A stretch of DNA of 36,859 bases. It comes from Myxococcota bacterium. GTDB lineage: Bacteria; Myxococcota_A; Polyangia; Polyangiales; Sandaracinaceae. Shown piece after piece: positions 29,422 through 36,859 of the stretch. The stretch lies in the NCBI GenBank assembly GCA_036149055.1, contig JAYZQJ010000037.1:1-36859 (forward strand), in the 5' to 3' direction. Each line of letters starts with the position of its first letter. Within the stretch, counting starts at the first letter, position 1. A model generated the notes under the pieces. That model searched no databases and was not told the DNA's origin. It saw nothing but the letters and a program-made list of their open reading frames with translations. The position numbers were made by a program, and so were the translations under genes.

Positions 29422-30687
29422 ATGAATCACTCGCTCCGCTTGCTCGCAGCGTCCCTCCTCGCGCTGCTCACGTGGCTCTCCGTCGGCCCCGCCGAGGCGC
29501 AGCCGAGCCAGGTGCCCCGGGCCATCGTGCTCCGCTTCGAGGGCTGGCGCGCCGAGCGGGCGCGTCAGGCGGTCGTGACCGAGCTCGCGTCCTTCGTGGA
29601 GCTGGTCGACGAGGAGCAGGCGGTGGACGCGGCGCAGGCGCTCGGCGTCGACGTGAGCACGCCCGACGGCATGGCCCAGGTGGTCGAGAACCTCGGCATC
29701 ACCCTGGTGGTGACCGGGAGCGTCGACGGCCGGGGGCGCCGCGCGACGACGACGATCGTGGTGGTCGACCCGCGCGGCAACGAGCTGTCGCGTCGGGACG
29801 GCCCCTCGCCTCGCCGGCGCCGCGACCTGCCCGACATCGCCCAGGCGGCGCTCGACGCGGTGAACGAGGCGCAGCAGGTGCTCGACCAGCAGCGGCAGGC
29901 GGCGATGCAGCCGGAGCCGGAGCCCGAGCCGGACCCGATGGCGTACGAGCCGCCGCCGCAGGAGGAGCCGGAGCCCGAGGTGGCCTGGCGCCAGCCGATG
30001 ATCCTGGCGATGGGCGGCCTGCGGGTGCGCAGCGTCTCCACCACCGTGCGCGACGCCAGCTTCCGGCAGCACTTCTTCGCGGCCGATCCGTACCCGGAGA
30101 TCGACCTCCGGCTCGAGGCGCGGCCGCTCGCCGAGCGCAGCGACGAGCTCCGCGGGCTGCTCTTCGCGGCCGAGGGGAGCTTCTCGGTCGGCATCAACTA
30201 CGTCGGCGGCGACGGCCAGGTGCGCGGCATGACCTCGATGCACTTCCGGGTCGACGCGGGCTACGGCTACACGATCGAGGACATCCTCGAGATCGGCGGC
30301 ACCCTCGGGATCGGCCTCGACGGCGTCTTCCTCGACGATCCGGACGGCTTCCCGTCTCAGCTCTGGACCTACTTCCGCCCGGGCGTCTTCGCCCGGGTCC
30401 GCGCCTACGAGGAGCTGGTGATGGTCGAGGGCGGCCTCGGCGGGCGCGTCGGGATCGACGGCGGCGACGTGGCCCCGGCGTTCGGGCCGGGCATGTTCTT
30501 CGGCGGCGTCGACCTCTACCTCGGCCTCGCCGGCATCCTCGCCGAGGGGCTCACCTGGTCGGCGCGCTTCGGCTACAGCTGGCAGGAGCTGAGCTTCGAC
30601 GGCGCCGGGGGCGCGTTCGGCAACGGGCAGTCGGGCCTCGACGAGACCTTCGAGGGCCGCTTCCTGGTGGGCTACGCCTACCGGTGA
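29422..30687 (+). CDS. Hypothetical outer-membrane protein: signal peptide, alpha/beta domain, PE-rich linker, C-terminal beta-barrel
   Basis: AEA-Q signal cleavage site; LVVTGSV; PEPEPEP linker; alternating amphipathic strands; C-terminal GRFLVGYAYR resembles a BamA beta-signal. Confidence 0.7.
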   Translation: MNHSLRLLAASLLALLTWLSVGPAEAQPSQVPRAIVLRFEGWRAERARQAVVTELASFVELVDEEQAVDAAQALGVDVSTPDGMAQVVENLGITLVVTGSVDGRGRRATTTIVVVDPRGNELSRRDGPSPRRRRDLPDIAQAALDAVNEAQQVLDQQRQAAMQPEPEPEPDPMAYEPPPQEEPEPEVAWRQPMILAMGGLRVRSVSTTVRDASFRQHFFAADPYPEIDLRLEARPLAERSDELRGLLFAAEGSFSVGINYVGGDGQVRGMTSMHFRVDAGYGYTIEDILEIGGTLGIGLDGVFLDDPDGFPSQLWTYFRPGVFARVRAYEELVMVEGGLGGRVGIDGGDVAPAFGPGMFFGGVDLYLGLAGILAEGLTWSARFGYSWQELSFDGAGGAFGNGQSGLDETFEGRFLVGYAYR

Positions 30688-30773
30688 GTCGGGGTCGGGC
30701 CTCCGCCGAGGCGGAGGGTCGAGACGAAGATGGCCACGCTCACGGCGGCGATGACGAGGGGCACGACGATCAT
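30678..30773 (-). CDS. Putative 31-aa single-TM small protein (not in the ORF track)
   Basis: ATG 30773 to TAG 30678: MIVVPLVIAAVSVAIFVSTLRLGGGPTPTHR; 29 of 31 codons end in G/C; GAGG about 9 nt upstream. Confidence 0.45.
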   Translation of the reverse strand: MIVVPLVIAAVSVAIFVSTLRLGGGPTPTHR

Positions 30774-30897
30774 GCGCGAGTGCCTCTGCAGCCGTCGTAC
30801 CTGGACGATTTCTCAATGATCTCGTGAGCGGCCGTGTCGACGCGCCCACGAGGAGCGTGGGCGCCGACCCGCGCGACTGCTAGAAGTCGGGCGCTCG

Positions 30898-32394
30898 ATG
30901 CTCTTCAACAGCCTCGACTACTTCGCGTTCCTGGCGCTGACGCTGGCCGGCTTCTGGGCCCTGCGTCGGCTCGGTCGCGAGCGCGACGAGCGCGAGGACG
31001 GGGAGGATGGCCCGCTCGGGGGCCGGCCGCTCCGGGTGCGGGGCGCCGCGCCGCGGCTGTTCTTCCTCTTCCTGGCCAGCTGCGCCTTCTACATGGCGTG
31101 GAACCCGGCCTACATCGGGCTGATCCTCTTCTCCACGCTGCTCGACTACACGGCGGGCTTGCAGATCGCGGGCGCCGCGACGAAGGCGCGCAAGAAGGCG
31201 TGGCTGGCGGTGAGCCTGGTCGGCAACCTCGGCCTGCTCGGCGTCTTCAAGTACTTCAACTTCTTCAGCGCCGCGACCGGCGACGTCGTCTCGCTCTTCG
31301 GGATCGAGCTCGACACGCCGGTGCTCGACGTCCTGCTGCCGGTCGGGATCAGCTTCTACACGTTCCAGACCCTCAGCTACACGATCGACGTCTACCGCGG
31401 GCGCCTCGAGGCGTGCCGGAGCCTGGTCCGCTTCGCGTTCTACGTGACCTTCTTCCCGCAGCTCGTCGCGGGCCCGATCGTGCGGGCGGCGGAGTTCCTG
31501 CCGCAGATCGACCGGCCGCCGTGGCTGACGCGGGAGCGGGTCGGCAACGCGCTCTTCCTGATCGCGATGGGCGTGACCAAGAAGGTCGTCTTCGCCGACT
31601 TCGTCAGCGTGAACCTGGTCGACCGCGTCTTCGACGACCCGGCGGCGTTCAGCGCCACCGAGGTCGTCATCGCGCTCTACGGCTTCACGCTCCAGATCTA
31701 CTGCGACTTCAGCGGCTACACCGACGTGGCCCGCGGCTCGGCCAAGCTCTTCGGCCTCGAGCTGCCCGAGAACTTCGACCGCCCCTACCAGGCCACGAGC
31801 GTCAGCGACTTCTGGCGTCGGTGGCACATGACGCTCAGCACCTGGCTGCGCGACTACCTCTACTTCCCGCTCGGCGGGTCGCGGAAGGGGCCGGTCCGCA
31901 CCTACGTGAACCTCTGGATCACGCTCTTCCTCATCGGCCTCTGGCACGGGGCGAGCTGGACCTTCGTGATCTACGGCAACCTGCAGGCGTTCGCGGTGAT
32001 CGCGACCCGCGCCTGGGGCGACGTGCGCAGGCGCCGCGGCTGGACCAAGCCCGACCCGAGGTGGGCGAACGTCGTCAAGATCGTGCTCACGCTCCAGTTC
32101 GTGGTCTTCAGCCGCATCCTCTTCCGCGCCACCGACCTCGACAACGCCGGCGCGGTGACCGCCCAGCTCTTCAGCGGCACCACCAGCGTCGCGCAGATCG
32201 ACGCCGACGTCTGGCGCGTGCTCGCCCTCGGCTTCTTCCTCCACTACGTGCCGCGCTCGCAGCTCGAGGACCTGCGGGCGCGGTTCGTGGCCCTGCCGGC
32301 CTGGGCCCAGGGCGTGGCGCTCGCGGTGGTGGGCGCGGTGATCGCCCTCTTCGTCACGCAAGAAGCCGTGCCATACATCTACTTCCAGTTCTGA
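30898..32394 (+). CDS. MBOAT family O-acyltransferase (AlgI/PatA-like)
   Basis: MLFNS, FKYFNF, LPVGISFYTFQTLSY, FFPQLVAGPIVR, QIYCDFSGYTD, ENFDRPY, FWRRWHMTLSTWLRDYLY, GLWHGA (catalytic His), C-terminal YIYFQF. Confidence 0.93.
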   Translation: MLFNSLDYFAFLALTLAGFWALRRLGRERDEREDGEDGPLGGRPLRVRGAAPRLFFLFLASCAFYMAWNPAYIGLILFSTLLDYTAGLQIAGAATKARKKAWLAVSLVGNLGLLGVFKYFNFFSAATGDVVSLFGIELDTPVLDVLLPVGISFYTFQTLSYTIDVYRGRLEACRSLVRFAFYVTFFPQLVAGPIVRAAEFLPQIDRPPWLTRERVGNALFLIAMGVTKKVVFADFVSVNLVDRVFDDPAAFSATEVVIALYGFTLQIYCDFSGYTDVARGSAKLFGLELPENFDRPYQATSVSDFWRRWHMTLSTWLRDYLYFPLGGSRKGPVRTYVNLWITLFLIGLWHGASWTFVIYGNLQAFAVIATRAWGDVRRRRGWTKPDPRWANVVKIVLTLQFVVFSRILFRATDLDNAGAVTAQLFSGTTSVAQIDADVWRVLALGFFLHYVPRSQLEDLRARFVALPAWAQGVALAVVGAVIALFVTQEAVPYIYFQF

Positions 32395-32449
32395 GGCGCG
32401 GCATTGTGCGCCAGTCGAAGGCCCGGCCCTCGGCTGTTAGGGTCGAGGG

Positions 32450-36370
<3,921 letters not shown>

Positions 36371-36761
36371 CTTGCTGGGCAGGGGCGGGTCCGCCGCGCA
36401 GGCCTCGCGACTCGCGGGAAGCGAGGACGGCCGGCACCGACGACTTGAGGGGCGAGGGGAGACGGGAGGCGAGGAGGACGTGTCGCTGCGTGACACGGGG
36501 GTGATCGGGCCGCGGGATGGACGCTCGCCGCCGGGTCCCGGGCCCGCCGTCGCCTCGGCCGCAGCCGCCAGGCCTTCTGATCCCTCCACGCCTCCCACCT
36601 CCCATCTCCCCTTTTTTCCCGGACCGAGCGGCGGCGGCCGAGCGGGGAGCGGTCGTCGAGCCCGGGCGAGCCGCCCGGCCGTGCCCTGACCTGCCCCTTC
36701 TTCCTCCCTTCCGACCTTCCTCCCTTCCTGCGAGTGGGAGCAACCGAGACGGGTCCGCCCC

Positions 36762-36859
36762 CGCCGCGGGGTTCGACGCCCACCTGGTGAAGCCGGTGAG
36801 CCTCGCGGATCTGCGGGCGGCGCTGGGGCGGTGACTTGCTGGGCAGGGGCGGGTCCGCC
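36762..36859 (+). repeat. 98-bp direct repeat, copy 2 (runs to the window end)
   Basis: Exact copy of 36298-36395 at offset 464 bp; encodes an orphan AAGFDAHLVKPVSLADLRAALGR-stop fragment. Confidence 0.95.

Noticed and set aside
36517..36834. 105-aa ORF ending in a receiver-domain C-terminus
   Set aside because: Chance fusion of low-complexity sequence to the duplicated 98-bp fragment; non-host-like codon usage

Overview
Very GC-rich, densely coding chromosomal segment whose gene style suggests a myxobacterium (inferred from three Hanks-type Ser/Thr kinases, a TPR-PEGA protein, and Cys-rich lipoproteins with DxG linkers). About 28 credible CDSs. Housekeeping and metabolic genes: class II glutamine amidotransferase, YihY, a COG2907-type flavoprotein, a TrkA-C K+ transport protein, YheT hydrolase, MtfA/M90 peptidase, CaiB CoA-transferase, a metallophosphoesterase coupled to a THUMP RNA methyltransferase, MBL hydrolase, SDR, an orphan RND adaptor, the complete homogentisate operon (FAH, maiA, hppD, hmgA) and an MBOAT. 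Signalling and envelope genes: a kinase/degenerate cyclase/AAA/TPR STAND-like protein, a kinase/TPR-PEGA/lipoprotein three-gene module, an OB-fold + lamin-tail lipoprotein, an outer-membrane barrel and a CheB-CheR-PAS-HK-REC hybrid. No rRNA, tRNA, CRISPR array, transposase or integrase was recognised. Most notable: the putative trans-envelope kinase signalling module, recurrent -10 boxes 6-10 nt before start codons (leaderless mRNAs), an unannotated 31-aa membrane ORF, and a structured 366-bp non-coding element bracketed by an exact 98-bp direct repeat at the window end. All family calls are from motif recognition by eye, not database searches.
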